Assembly: GCA_900314975.1 (NCBI GenBank)
Contig: OMXI01000004.1
Location: 5,125-69,124 of the forward strand
Origin: an uncultured Eubacteriales bacterium
GTDB lineage: Bacteria; Bacillota; Clostridia; Oscillospirales; Ruminococcaceae
DNA length: 64,000 bases
Reading direction: 5' to 3'
This document shows, one piece after another, positions 8,860 through 17,442 of this stretch. Numbering within the stretch: the stretch's first letter is position 1; each line of letters starts with the position of its first letter. The translations under genes were made by a program, and so were the position numbers. The notes below the pieces were generated by a model, which worked only from the letters and a program-made list of their open reading frames with translations, ran no database searches and was not told the DNA's origin.

Positions 8860-11800
8860 TCAGTCCTCCTTTTCGTTTTTGCCGCTTTGCGACATTATGT
8901 CGATCACCTGTACCATAAGCTCGTGCGGCTGCTGCTTTTTATCAAGCGCGACCGCAAAATGTGCCTTGTCCGAGTCCACAAACCTTATGCGGTTTTTGTA
9001 AGCGCTCGAAAGCGCCTTGATTTGCGCTATCTCCGGCTGCGCGATGTAGAAAAACACCTTTTCGCCGCGCTGAACTATCTCCGTTATCCTCAGATGCAAA
9101 GCGCGGTTTCGTGTCAGCGCGACATTTATCAGTCCCATAACAGCCTTTGGCGGCTCGCCGTATCGGTCTATCATCTCGTCTATAACATCGCGCGAATCCT
9201 GTACGTTGGCAATCGAGGCTATCTTTCGGTATGCATCTATTCTCTGCGACGGGTTTTCAATGTAGCTTTCGGGTATGAACGCATCAATAGAAATATCAAC
9301 AAGGCAGTCCTCGGGTGACGGCGGCGGCGCCTCTCCCTTTTGCTCCGCGATAGCCTCGTTGAGCAAGCGGATGTACATATCGTATCCGACAGCCTCCATA
9401 TGCCCGTGCTGTTTTCCGCTGAGTACCGAGCCTGCGCCTCTTATCTCAAGGTCGCGCATAGCTATGTGGAAACCCGAGCCGAACTGCGTAAATTCCCTTA
9501 TCGCATCAAGTCTCTTTTGAGCGATTTCCGAAAGCACCTTGCCGCGTCTGAACGTAAAGTATGCAAACGCACGTCTGTTTGAGCGTCCTACACGTCCGCG
9601 CAGCTGATAGAGCTGCGACAATCCCATTCTGTCAGCGTCCTCAATTATCAGCGTGTTAACGTTGGGTACATCAACGCCCGTCTCGATAAGCGTCGTGCAG
9701 ACAAGCACATCTATTTCCCTGTCCACCAGCTGCCGCCATATTTCAGACAGCTCGTCTTCGTCGATCTTTCCGTGTGCGATACCAAAACGCACATCGGGCA
9801 AAAGCTCCTGCAGCCTGCTCACTGTCAGATCGATCGACTGTATGCGGTTGTGAATGTAGTATACCTGTCCGCCGCGGCGCAGCTCCTTGCTTATCGCCTG
9901 CGCAATGACACCCACGTTGTACTCGATAACGTACGTCTGTACAGGGTGTCTGTCAAGCGGTGCCTCGTTTATCACCGACATATCGCGTATGCCGGAAAGT
10001 GCCATGTTAAGCGTCCTCGGTATCGGTGTAGCCGACAGCGTAAGCATATCGACACCTTTGAAAAGCTCCTTGAACTTTTCCTTTGTCGCCACGCCGAAAC
10101 GCTGCTCCTCGTCAATTATCGCAAGTCCGAGGCTTTTGAACGCCACGTCCTTCTGAACCAGTCTGTGCGTGCCGATTATAAGGTCGACCGTTCCGCGCCC
10201 AAGCTCCCTGATGATAGCCTTCTGCTCCTTGGGCTTTCTGAAGCGCGACAGCAGCTCAACTTTGATAGGGAAGTGCTCAAAGCGTTTTACTGCCGTCTGA
10301 TAGTGCTGCCACGCAAGCACCGTCGTCGGCACAAGTATCGCCACCTGCTTGCCGTCAAGCATAGCCTTGAACGCCGCACGCAGCGCGACCTCTGTTTTTC
10401 CGAAACCGACATCTCCGCAAAGCAGTCTGTCCATCGGGGAGGGCTTTTGCATATCCGCCTTTATCTCCTCGATGCTGCGCAGCTGATCCTCTGTTTCATC
10501 GTAGTCGAACCTCTCCTCAAACTCCGCCTGCCACTCGTTGTCTGGTGAAAACGCAAACCCCTTTGCAAGCTGCCTTTGCGCGTACAGCTTGGTAAGCTGC
10601 TCCGCCATATCCTTGACAGCTGCTTTAACGCGGTTTCTCGTCTTTGTCCACTCCGCCGAGTTGAGCTTGTTGAGCTTTACATTTTCATCGTCCTTTGGAC
10701 CTATATATCTTGATACCAGATCAAGCTGCGTAACGGGAACGTACAAAACATCCGTGCCCGCGTATTTTATAGTAATGTAGTCCTTTGTTATCCCGTTTGT
10801 TTCAAGGCTGCGTATGCCCTCAAACCGCCCCAGACCGTACATCGAGTGTACAACAATGTCGCCCTTTTGCACGTCCGAAAGGCTCTTTATTTCTTCGCCT
10901 GCTTTTTTCTGTTTTTTCTTTCGCTTCGCGACCATCGTTTTCATCTGCGTGATGACCGCGCATTTTATCTCGGGGTAGTCAAAACCTCCCGAAATGCTGC
11001 CCGTGCGCACATATACCTTGCCCTCAAGCACAGCACTGTCGTCCTTCAGTGCCTCCGCGGGAATCCCCGCATCAACAAGGTCTTTGACGATTATCGGAAC
11101 AGTCCTCTCCGAGCCTGCAAGCAAAACCGTGCAGTAACCGCTGTCGCACAGCGCACCAAGCTCCTCCTCAAGATGAACGATGTTTCCGCCCCATGCCGCA
11201 GTCTGCCTGCAATCCGCAGCAATAAGCTTTTTAAACTTTATGCCGTTGTTTGAACGCATAAAAGTGTCCAAGAAAACGGACTTGTTTTTAAGAATTTTCA
11301 GTTCTGCGTCTGCAAGGTCAATGTTAAAGCCCTCAAGCCGCTTGAACAGTATCCCGTCCTCGTACAAAAGCTTGATGTCCTGCGAAAGCTGTGTCAGCGC
11401 CGCCCTGCCTTTTTCAATGCAGTTAGTGTATTCGCATACGACCGTCACGCCGCCGTCAAAGTAGTCAAACACCGTCGCCGTAGTCTCGTAAGCAAGGCTG
11501 TAGTATTTGTCAAGATTGGTCAGCGTAATGCCCGCCTGTACAGTCTCAAGGTCACGGCTGATGTTTTTTCTTATCGCATCGAGCTTTTTGCCGCGCGCGT
11601 TTTTGGAAAGCTGTTCAAGCCGTTCGCATAAAACCTCGCTGCTCTCAAAGATTATTTCAAGCGCAGGGAATACCGTCACCGAGTCGATAGTTTCGGTACG
11701 TCTCTGCGTCACAGTATCAAAATATGAAACAGAATCTATCTCGTCACCCCACAACTCCATTCTTATCGGGTGAGTCTCCTGAACGGGAAAAATATCCACT

Positions 11801-12342
11801 ATCGACCCGCGCACCGAGAACTGCGCGTGACCTTCTATCTGGTCAGTGCGCGTGTAGCCGCTTGCCGTGAGCTTTCGCATCAGCTCGTCAAGCTGTACCT
11901 CGCCGCCTACCTTCAGCTCAAAAGAATTATCCTTCAGAACGCTTCTGGGTATCGTGCCCTGCAAACACGCTTCCATGCTTGCACAAAGCACCTTGCACTT
12001 GCCCTGCAGCATCAGCGAGAGCGCCTCCAGACGCTTGTGCTCATACTCGCGCGAGATACCCTCCATGTACGCAAAGTTCATGTCCTTCGCGGGATAAACG
12101 CACGCGATACGCTCACGCGCCATAGAGTTTATGTCCTCCGCCATTCTTGTGCAGGCAGCCTCGTCATCGCAAATAACAAGGCAAGGGGAGAGCGTGCTTA
12201 CCGTCATGGCAAGCTGCGCCTTGTGAATATTTGAAACTCCCGTCACACAGCAGGGAGTGTATCCGCCCAGCAGACATTTCTTTATATCCTTGTATGCCTG
12301 CAAGCGACTGCCAATGTCATAAAATATGTTCAATAAATCCAA
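8860..12342 (-). CDS. mfd: Transcription-repair coupling factor Mfd
   Basis: 1,160 aa. UvrB-homology N-terminus, CarD/RNAP-interaction region (VVHSMYGLGRFEGI), SF2 helicase motifs (LLCGDVGFGKTEVA, DEEQRFGV, TLSATPIPRT, QLRGRVGRS) and a TRG motif region. It sits immediately downstream of pth, as in many Firmicutes. The track start at 12342 is TTG; TTG at 12333 has better RBS spacing. Confidence 0.95.
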   Translation of the reverse strand: MDLLNIFYDIGSRLQAYKDIKKCLLGGYTPCCVTGVSNIHKAQLAMTVSTLSPCLVICDDEAACTRMAEDINSMARERIACVYPAKDMNFAYMEGISREYEHKRLEALSLMLQGKCKVLCASMEACLQGTIPRSVLKDNSFELKVGGEVQLDELMRKLTASGYTRTDQIEGHAQFSVRGSIVDIFPVQETHPIRMELWGDEIDSVSYFDTVTQRRTETIDSVTVFPALEIIFESSEVLCERLEQLSKNARGKKLDAIRKNISRDLETVQAGITLTNLDKYYSLAYETTATVFDYFDGGVTVVCEYTNCIEKGRAALTQLSQDIKLLYEDGILFKRLEGFNIDLADAELKILKNKSVFLDTFMRSNNGIKFKKLIAADCRQTAAWGGNIVHLEEELGALCDSGYCTVLLAGSERTVPIIVKDLVDAGIPAEALKDDSAVLEGKVYVRTGSISGGFDYPEIKCAVITQMKTMVAKRKKKQKKAGEEIKSLSDVQKGDIVVHSMYGLGRFEGIRSLETNGITKDYITIKYAGTDVLYVPVTQLDLVSRYIGPKDDENVKLNKLNSAEWTKTRNRVKAAVKDMAEQLTKLYAQRQLAKGFAFSPDNEWQAEFEERFDYDETEDQLRSIEEIKADMQKPSPMDRLLCGDVGFGKTEVALRAAFKAMLDGKQVAILVPTTVLAWQHYQTAVKRFEHFPIKVELLSRFRKPKEQKAIIRELGRGTVDLIIGTHRLVQKDVAFKSLGLAIIDEEQRFGVATKEKFKELFKGVDMLTLSATPIPRTLNMALSGIRDMSVINEAPLDRHPVQTYVIEYNVGVIAQAISKELRRGGQVYYIHNRIQSIDLTVSRLQELLPDVRFGIAHGKIDEDELSEIWRQLVDREIDVLVCTTLIETGVDVPNVNTLIIEDADRMGLSQLYQLRGRVGRSNRRAFAYFTFRRGKVLSEIAQKRLDAIREFTQFGSGFHIAMRDLEIRGAGSVLSGKQHGHMEAVGYDMYIRLLNEAIAEQKGEAPPPSPEDCLVDISIDAFIPESYIENPSQRIDAYRKIASIANVQDSRDVIDEMIDRYGEPPKAVMGLINVALTRNRALHLRITEIVQRGEKVFFYIAQPEIAQIKALSSAYKNRIRFVDSDKAHFAVALDKKQQPHELMVQVIDIMSQSGKNEKED

Positions 12343-12349
12343 ACCTTCT

Positions 12350-12967
12350 TTAGTTAAAGCTGTTCATAGCCTCGTTCATTTTCCCCTGCAAAATCAATTC
12401 AACCGCGCGGTTTGAGTGGTCAAACACCTCGCCCAGCACTTTCAGCTCATCGTCTGTGTACTTTGACAGCACCCACTTTGCAAGGTCATAATCGGGGTGC
12501 GGCTTCATACCCACACCGATTTTTATGCGCGGGAAATCCTCGCTGCCGCAGTTGTGTATAATGCTCTTTATCCCGTTGTGACCGCCCGACGAGCCTTTTC
12601 TGCGCAGCCTCATCTTTCCCACGTCAAGAGATATGTCGTCAAAGATAACAATGATATTCTGCGTGGGGATATCGTAATAATCCATAGCATCAGCAATAGC
12701 CTCACCGCTTTTGTTCATATACGTCAGCGGCTTCATGACCAGACAGCGCTTGTCAGCTATCACCGCATCACCTATAAGCGAATTGAACTTGTGCGTGTTT
12801 ATGCCAAAACCAAACCTCTGCGCCAGCGCATCAAGCGCCATATAGCCGGTGTTGTGGCGCGTCTTTTCGTACTCTACGCCCGGGTTGCCCAGCCCCGCGA
12901 TAATGTATTCGGGCTTGCCCTGCGGCTTTTTAGCCGAGAGCGCCTTGAGCTTTTCAAAAATGTCCAT
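12350..12967 (-). CDS. pth: Peptidyl-tRNA hydrolase
   Basis: GLGNPG..Y..TRHNTG, GGHNG and the overall length match Pth. AGGAGA RBS precedes ATG 12967 (MDIFEKL); the track's 12997 start is an extension. Confidence 0.9.
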   Translation of the reverse strand: MDIFEKLKALSAKKPQGKPEYIIAGLGNPGVEYEKTRHNTGYMALDALAQRFGFGINTHKFNSLIGDAVIADKRCLVMKPLTYMNKSGEAIADAMDYYDIPTQNIIVIFDDISLDVGKMRLRRKGSSGGHNGIKSIIHNCGSEDFPRIKIGVGMKPHPDYDLAKWVLSKYTDDELKVLGEVFDHSNRAVELILQGKMNEAMNSFN

Positions 12968-13074
12968 AAAAATCTCTCCTGATAATATTAACGCCAATAA
13001 CCCCGTTTTTATGTCAAAACGGGGTACGCTTTTTTATTGAACTAAATATACCACAAATTGCACCGTTTGTCAAA

Positions 13075-13105
13075 TAAAAAAGCAGCCTGCTTGTGTGCAG
13101 ACTGC
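13075..13105 (-). terminator. Rho-independent terminator after paralog 1
   Basis: On the minus strand, GCAGTCTGC-acacaa-GCAGGCTGC is followed by TTTTTTAT. It lies 10 nt downstream of the stop at 13115. Confidence 0.6.
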
Positions 13106-13114
13106 CTTTGTTCT

Positions 13115-14104
13115 CTAATTGCCGCTGTGGTACTCGCCAAACGTCACTTTTGAGTCTTTGGATTTTGTCGCATTGGGACACTGCCCGATAACAGCGCCCT
13201 CCTTTTTCTCCGACCATTGTATAAATATGTTCGTACCGTTTGTGTAGTCCGTAGATACCGGGTCGTATTTTATGTAAACATACCCAAGGTTCCCGCCGTT
13301 TATGTGCTGCGCTATGGCGTAGTAAGCTGTCTGTGCAAGTATATTGGGCATATCTTTGAGATCCTCAACCGCAACTGCTCCGTCAGTGGAAAAACTCGGA
13401 TTGATGCTCATACCGTTTCGCACCATCTCAAAGCAGGTGCTTTCAATCGACAGGTAGATAAGCTCTGCATTCTTGTTGGCATTGTTCAGCCTGATGTCAT
13501 CAAGCATATCTTTTATTTCATCATCTTTTACCCTTGTGAATGATGCTGGCTCTGCCGCCTTGTCATCGCCGTTTTCTCGCAGTGTCATAGATTTCTGTGA
13601 AAGCACGACTATATCGTATTTTACGTCATCACCGCTTAAATTAACAGTAAGCTCGCCGCCGTTCACGCTGTATTCGCAGTAAGTCCCCGACCCGATATCA
13701 AGCTCCGCCGTGCCGTCTGAATTGAACCGCGAATAATGTCCTTCGGTTTTCCACGTCCCCACGATAAGCTCCTTGTTGGTCAGGCGCGTTTTTTTGTTAT
13801 TCATTCTCGTAAAAACGAGGATAAACAGCACAAGTACCGCCACCGCCGCCACGCAGATCATTATCACTGTCCTGCTGCTGCGTTCGCCGCTGTGCTTTGA
13901 TACAGCCGCCTGCGCTTGCTGCTGCACGTTCGTATCATCATCAGCACTGTCTGTCTGCTGTGTCTGTTCCTGCGTCTGAACAGGCTTTTTTACGACATAG
14001 CGTTTTATAGGCGCGTCGGGGATTATCCCCAGCATCTCGCCGCATTCTTTGCAGGTCAGTGCGTCGTCACCGCTGACCGCCCCGCAGTGTCTGCAAGTTT
14101 TCAT
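13115..14104 (-). CDS. Zinc-ribbon / single-TM / lipocalin-like (GTW motif) membrane protein, paralog 1
   Basis: N-terminal MKTCRHCGA..C.ECG zinc ribbon with a GIIPDA motif, a Q/T-rich linker and a TM segment (VIMICVAAVAVLVLFILVF). The extracellular part has LIVGTWKTEG (DUF5640-like as I recall) and a conserved C-terminal domain GYVYIKYDP...IQWSE..GAVIGQCPN. Confidence 0.75.
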   Translation of the reverse strand: MKTCRHCGAVSGDDALTCKECGEMLGIIPDAPIKRYVVKKPVQTQEQTQQTDSADDDTNVQQQAQAAVSKHSGERSSRTVIMICVAAVAVLVLFILVFTRMNNKKTRLTNKELIVGTWKTEGHYSRFNSDGTAELDIGSGTYCEYSVNGGELTVNLSGDDVKYDIVVLSQKSMTLRENGDDKAAEPASFTRVKDDEIKDMLDDIRLNNANKNAELIYLSIESTCFEMVRNGMSINPSFSTDGAVAVEDLKDMPNILAQTAYYAIAQHINGGNLGYVYIKYDPVSTDYTNGTNIFIQWSEKKEGAVIGQCPNATKSKDSKVTFGEYHSGN

Positions 14105-14141
14105 TTTGTGTTATCTTCCTTTTCTTTGCCTTTTTTTATTT

Positions 14142-15149
14142 TTATTGGTCTGAGTGCATTTTTCCGAACTTCACATCATCGTCTGTCGACTTTACAGGAT
14201 TGGGATACTGCCCGATAACCGCTCCGTCAGCGCTTTCCGACCACTGCACAAAGAACTGGTATTCGCCATCATAGTAATCATAATTCGGGTCAAAATCTAT
14301 ATATACATACCCAAGCTCTTCGCCGCTATCAGTCAGAGTTTTGTAAACCGCCTTTAAGAGAGGGTCGCTGGAATCCTCAAAGTCAGAGACCGCAACAACT
14401 CCGCCCGTGTACACAGCCTCTACGCGTTCTCCGTCAGCAATGCGGTCAGCAGCCTCGTTGTTGAGCGTGGTGAAAACCAGCTTTGCATTTGTATTGGCTG
14501 TTTTCAGTTTAGACTTTTCCGTATATGACTTAACAGCAGCATCCTCATTGACCTTTGTGAAAGAAACGCTTTTGGTTTGAAGTCCTGCCGAAGCAGACAA
14601 TGTCATCTTATCCTCTGTAAGCTCCTCGATCTTGTAATTCAGACTAATGCTGTCTCTTTTGATGATAAGCGAGTCCCCGTCGATCTCGTAAACTGCCTTT
14701 GTTTGATTGTTGCCCAGCTCAAGCTCAACCGTTCCGTCCTTGTTGAAGCGCGTGTACGAGCCACTTTCTCCGTCCGCTGCCCACGTTCCTATAATAAGGT
14801 CTTTTTTTGATTTGAACACAAACAGAAAGAGTATCAGCACCGTTACTGCGACAGCCGCGCATACCGCACAGATGATAATAATGACCTTTTTGCTGATGCC
14901 CTTTTTCTGCACAGCACCTGCTGCCGTGCCTGCCTGCGCGTACTGGGGCTGCTGAAACTGTTGTGGCTGCTGCGGCTGCTGAAAAGGCTGCTGTAGCTGT
15001 TGAAACTGCTGTTGTGGCTGGGGTTGCTGTATCTGCGGCTGAACAGGCTGCACCGCAGCATCGGGAATTATCCCCAGTATCCCGCCGCACTTTTCGCAGG
15101 TAAAAGCGTCATCGCCGTGAATCGCCCCGCAGTATTTGCAAGTTTTCAT
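14142..15149 (-). CDS. Zinc-ribbon / Q,P-rich / single-TM / lipocalin-like membrane protein, paralog 2
   Basis: Same architecture as 13115-14104: MKTCKYCGA..C.KCG, GIIPDA, a long QQPQ linker, a TM segment, LIIGTWAADG, and GYVYIDFDP...VQWSE..GAVIGQYPN. Confidence 0.75.
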   Translation of the reverse strand: MKTCKYCGAIHGDDAFTCEKCGGILGIIPDAAVQPVQPQIQQPQPQQQFQQLQQPFQQPQQPQQFQQPQYAQAGTAAGAVQKKGISKKVIIIICAVCAAVAVTVLILFLFVFKSKKDLIIGTWAADGESGSYTRFNKDGTVELELGNNQTKAVYEIDGDSLIIKRDSISLNYKIEELTEDKMTLSASAGLQTKSVSFTKVNEDAAVKSYTEKSKLKTANTNAKLVFTTLNNEAADRIADGERVEAVYTGGVVAVSDFEDSSDPLLKAVYKTLTDSGEELGYVYIDFDPNYDYYDGEYQFFVQWSESADGAVIGQYPNPVKSTDDDVKFGKMHSDQ

Positions 15150-15273
15150 ATTTGTCTCCCCCTTATATTTTTTATGAAACCATTATAAACCGGTAAAAGC
15201 TTTTAGTCAACAAACACCTCTGCAAAGCCTGTCAGTTTTGTAGCTTTTTACAAATCCTGTATTTGCTTTTTGG

Positions 15274-15312
15274 GCAAAACATAAAGCAGCTTCCTTTTCG
15301 GGAAACTGCTTT
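15274..15312 (-). terminator. Rho-independent terminator after paralog 3
   Basis: On the minus strand, AAAGCAGTTTCC-cgaaaa-GGAAGCTGCTTT (12-bp stem, one mismatch) is followed by ATGTTTTG. Confidence 0.45.
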
Positions 15313-15323
15313 ATATCAAACCG

Positions 15324-15956
15324 CTATTTCTTTTTTAGCTTATACATCGTGTTACTGTCGCTGCCCGTGCCTTTCAGCGTCATTTCGCTTCCGCTTATCT
15401 TGTCGATCTTGAACTCCTCTTTATTGGATACGCCCATAACACTATATTTCATCGTGAGTGTGCTTCCGCTGATCTCATATGTGCCCGATACCTTAAAGCC
15501 CATAAGGTTCATTGTCATCTTTCCGCCCTCTTCAAAGGTCATAGAGCTGGTGCTGTCAGTCTCATCTACCCACGTACCTATTATGTCCTTCTTGTAGTCA
15601 CTTTTGAAAACGAACAGGAACAGTATAAGTCCCACAACGAGTGCAGCTACAGCAATGCCGATAATAACAAATACTGTCTTGTTGCTGCCCTGCTTTACTG
15701 CTGCACCGCCCTGGAAACCGGGCTGATTGAACTGCGGCTGACCGAATGGCTGCTGCGGCTGGTTAAACTGCGGCTGATTGAACTGCGGCTGGTTAAACTG
15801 CGGCTGCTGCGGCTGATTGAACTGCGGCTGGTTAAACTGCGGCTGCTGCGGCTGCTGGAATCCTGCACCGCTGCTGCTGCCGAACGAAGCACCGCACTGG
15901 TTGCAGAATACTGCATTGTCATCAAGCATAGCTCCGCATGTTGTACAAGTTTTCAT
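15324..15956 (-). CDS. Zinc-ribbon / (QPQFN)n / single-TM / lipocalin-like membrane protein, short paralog 3
   Basis: AAAGGA RBS and ATG at 15956 give MKTCTTCGA..C.QCG, matching the other two paralogs; the track start at 16007 is an extension. Q/N/P-rich repeat, TM segment, and IIGTWVDET. It lacks the C-terminal domain of paralogs 1 and 2. Confidence 0.75.
   Translation of the reverse strand: MKTCTTCGAMLDDNAVFCNQCGASFGSSSGAGFQQPQQPQFNQPQFNQPQQPQFNQPQFNQPQFNQPQQPFGQPQFNQPGFQGGAAVKQGSNKTVFVIIGIAVAALVVGLILFLFVFKSDYKKDIIGTWVDETDSTSSMTFEEGGKMTMNLMGFKVSGTYEISGSTLTMKYSVMGVSNKEEFKIDKISGSEMTLKGTGSDSNTMYKLKKK
15716..15860 (-). repeat. 15-nt periodic coding tandem repeat encoding (QPQFN)n / QQP
   Basis: The plus strand shows alternating GATTGAACTGCGGCT and GGTTAAACTGCGGCT units, interspersed with GCTGCGGCT. 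It translates to QPQFNQPQFNQPQQPQFNQPQFNQPQFNQPQQP. Confidence 0.8.
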
Positions 15957-16098
15957 TACTCTCATCCTTTCTTGCGAGCCGCGTGTCCACAGCTCTTTCC
16001 AAATCATTATAATATATGTGTCGAATTAAGTCAATAAGCAGATTTTTACGAAAACGTTTTTTGTTATAATAAACAAAACTCCAATCGTGTTTTTGGGC

Positions 16099-16136
16099 AA
16101 AAAAACAAAGCAGCCGCACCGCGTGTGACTGCTTTG
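16099..16136 (-). terminator. Rho-independent terminator after the GlmU-like gene
   Basis: On the minus strand, CAAAGCAG-15 nt loop-CTGCTTTG is followed by TTTTTTTG. Confidence 0.6.
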
Positions 16137-16142
16137 ATGAAC

Positions 16143-17156
16143 TTATTTTCTGAACTCAAACGGACCTACCGACGAGCTCGGTGCGATGTCCGTGCCGTAA
16201 ATGTGCGATGCAAGCACTATCGAGCCGTCACCTATACTTGCGCTGTCGATAACGCTGCCCTGCCCGATGTAGCAGTCCCTGCCGATGACCGTGTCACCAC
16301 TTAAAGTCACATTCTGACAAATTGTGCTGCCTATGCCGATAACAACGTTTCTGCCTACGCTCACACCGTCCGTGCAGGTGAACTCTATCCCCGCATCGAG
16401 CCATTTGCCGATAACATCTTTTCTTGCAATGTCGTTCAGCTCCAGCAGACCCTTGCGGTCATTAGCACCCAGCGAAACGTTCGGGTTAGCCGAAATAAAC
16501 GCATCTGCGCGCTTTCCCTTTGCTATGATAAGCTCAACGCAGTCGGTCAGATAATACTCGCCCTGTGCATTGTTGGGCTTTATCTCGCACAGTACGTCAA
16601 GCAAAGCCTGTGTTTCAAACCAGTAGCACCCCGAGTTTATCTCGTTTATCTCGCGCTGCTGCGGCGTGCAGTCCTTGTGCTCAACTATCCCCGATATGCC
16701 GCTGTCCGTGCGGATGACCCTGCCGTAGCCCGTCGGGTCACCGATCTTTGACGTTACCACCGTAACACCGCAGTTTCCTGCCTTGTGCAGTTCAAGAGCG
16801 CCCGCGATCGTGTCCCTGTCGATGAACGGTGCGTCACCGCACAGGACCAGCGTGTTCCCGCCGTTTCTTGCGCGCAGATAGTCTGCCGCCTGCATAACTG
16901 CGTGACCCGTGCCGAGCCTCTCTTTCTGCTCAACAGTCACAATGCTCGCCGCACCCTGCCTCGCGGAAAGATACTCGTCAATGTATTCGCCCATAAAGCC
17001 CTTTACTACGCATATGTCGCTGATGCCTGCCTGCTCGCACGCGCTTATCACCCATTCGAGCATAGGCTCGCCCAGTACCTTGCATAAAGCCTTCGGCTTG
17101 TCGCTCTTCATTCGCTTGCCCTGCCCGCCGGCAAGGATTATCACATTATCTGCCAT
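16143..17156 (-). CDS. GlmU-like sugar-1-phosphate nucleotidyltransferase with a short left-handed beta-helix tail
   Basis: GGAGGA RBS and ATG at 17156 (MADNVIILAGGQGKRMKS.KPK, the nucleotidyltransferase signature). Hexapeptide repeats sit at the C-terminus. At 337 aa it is roughly 110 aa shorter than canonical bifunctional GlmU. Confidence 0.7.
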   Translation of the reverse strand: MADNVIILAGGQGKRMKSDKPKALCKVLGEPMLEWVISACEQAGISDICVVKGFMGEYIDEYLSARQGAASIVTVEQKERLGTGHAVMQAADYLRARNGGNTLVLCGDAPFIDRDTIAGALELHKAGNCGVTVVTSKIGDPTGYGRVIRTDSGISGIVEHKDCTPQQREINEINSGCYWFETQALLDVLCEIKPNNAQGEYYLTDCVELIIAKGKRADAFISANPNVSLGANDRKGLLELNDIARKDVIGKWLDAGIEFTCTDGVSVGRNVVIGIGSTICQNVTLSGDTVIGRDCYIGQGSVIDSASIGDGSIVLASHIYGTDIAPSSSVGPFEFRK

Positions 17157-17323
17157 TAAAAGTTCCTCCAAAATGTAATTTGATTTTATTATATAGCTAA
17201 AACCGCCGCAAGTCAATAAACATTTTGCGCAAATCGCACATCGCTTCGAGTTCTGTGTAAATTGTACATAAATCTGCAATAAATATTGTGAAAAAATTTA
17301 TATTTAAAAATCTGTGAAAACTA

Positions 17324-17352
17324 TGGTAATTTCAAAACATATCTGTTATAAT
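17324..17352 (+). promoter_or_regulatory. Candidate ppdK promoter (extended -10)
   Basis: TGt-TATAAT at 17344-17352, with a weak -35 (TGGTAA, 17-nt spacer). This would give a ~85-nt leader. Confidence 0.3.
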
Positions 17353-17442
17353 ATAAGAGCAACCGTATGCAGTGCTATGTACACTCGGGCGGAAGCTATT
17401 GCCGCCAATACGGGAATTCATAATAAAACGGAGGTATAACCA

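Noticed and set aside
7965-8918. 317-aa ORF on the plus strand
   Set aside because: It runs antisense across the 332-aa gene and the cobO-like gene. It has no motifs or RBS and looks like a shadow ORF.
9772-10548. 258-aa plus-strand ORF, and several others between 8887 and 12234
   Set aside because: All of them lie antisense inside mfd, whose helicase motifs make the minus-strand reading unambiguous.
14725-15090. Alternative-frame ORFs over the Q/P-rich linker (also 14843-15061 and 15695-15925)
   Set aside because: The low-complexity CAG/CCG-rich DNA is open in several frames. Only the frame continuous with the zinc ribbon and TM segment makes a coherent protein.
15716-15860. Considered as a possible CRISPR-like or regulatory repeat array
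   Set aside because: The units are 15 nt, contiguous with no spacers, in frame, and inside a coding sequence. This is a coding tandem repeat, not a CRISPR array.
17353-17442. ppdK leader and the cdaA leader (37385-37513) considered as riboswitches or T-boxes
   Set aside because: I could not recognise any conserved riboswitch core (no T-box specifier/antiterminator, no ydaO-type or GEMM-type motifs). They contain only weak local hairpins.
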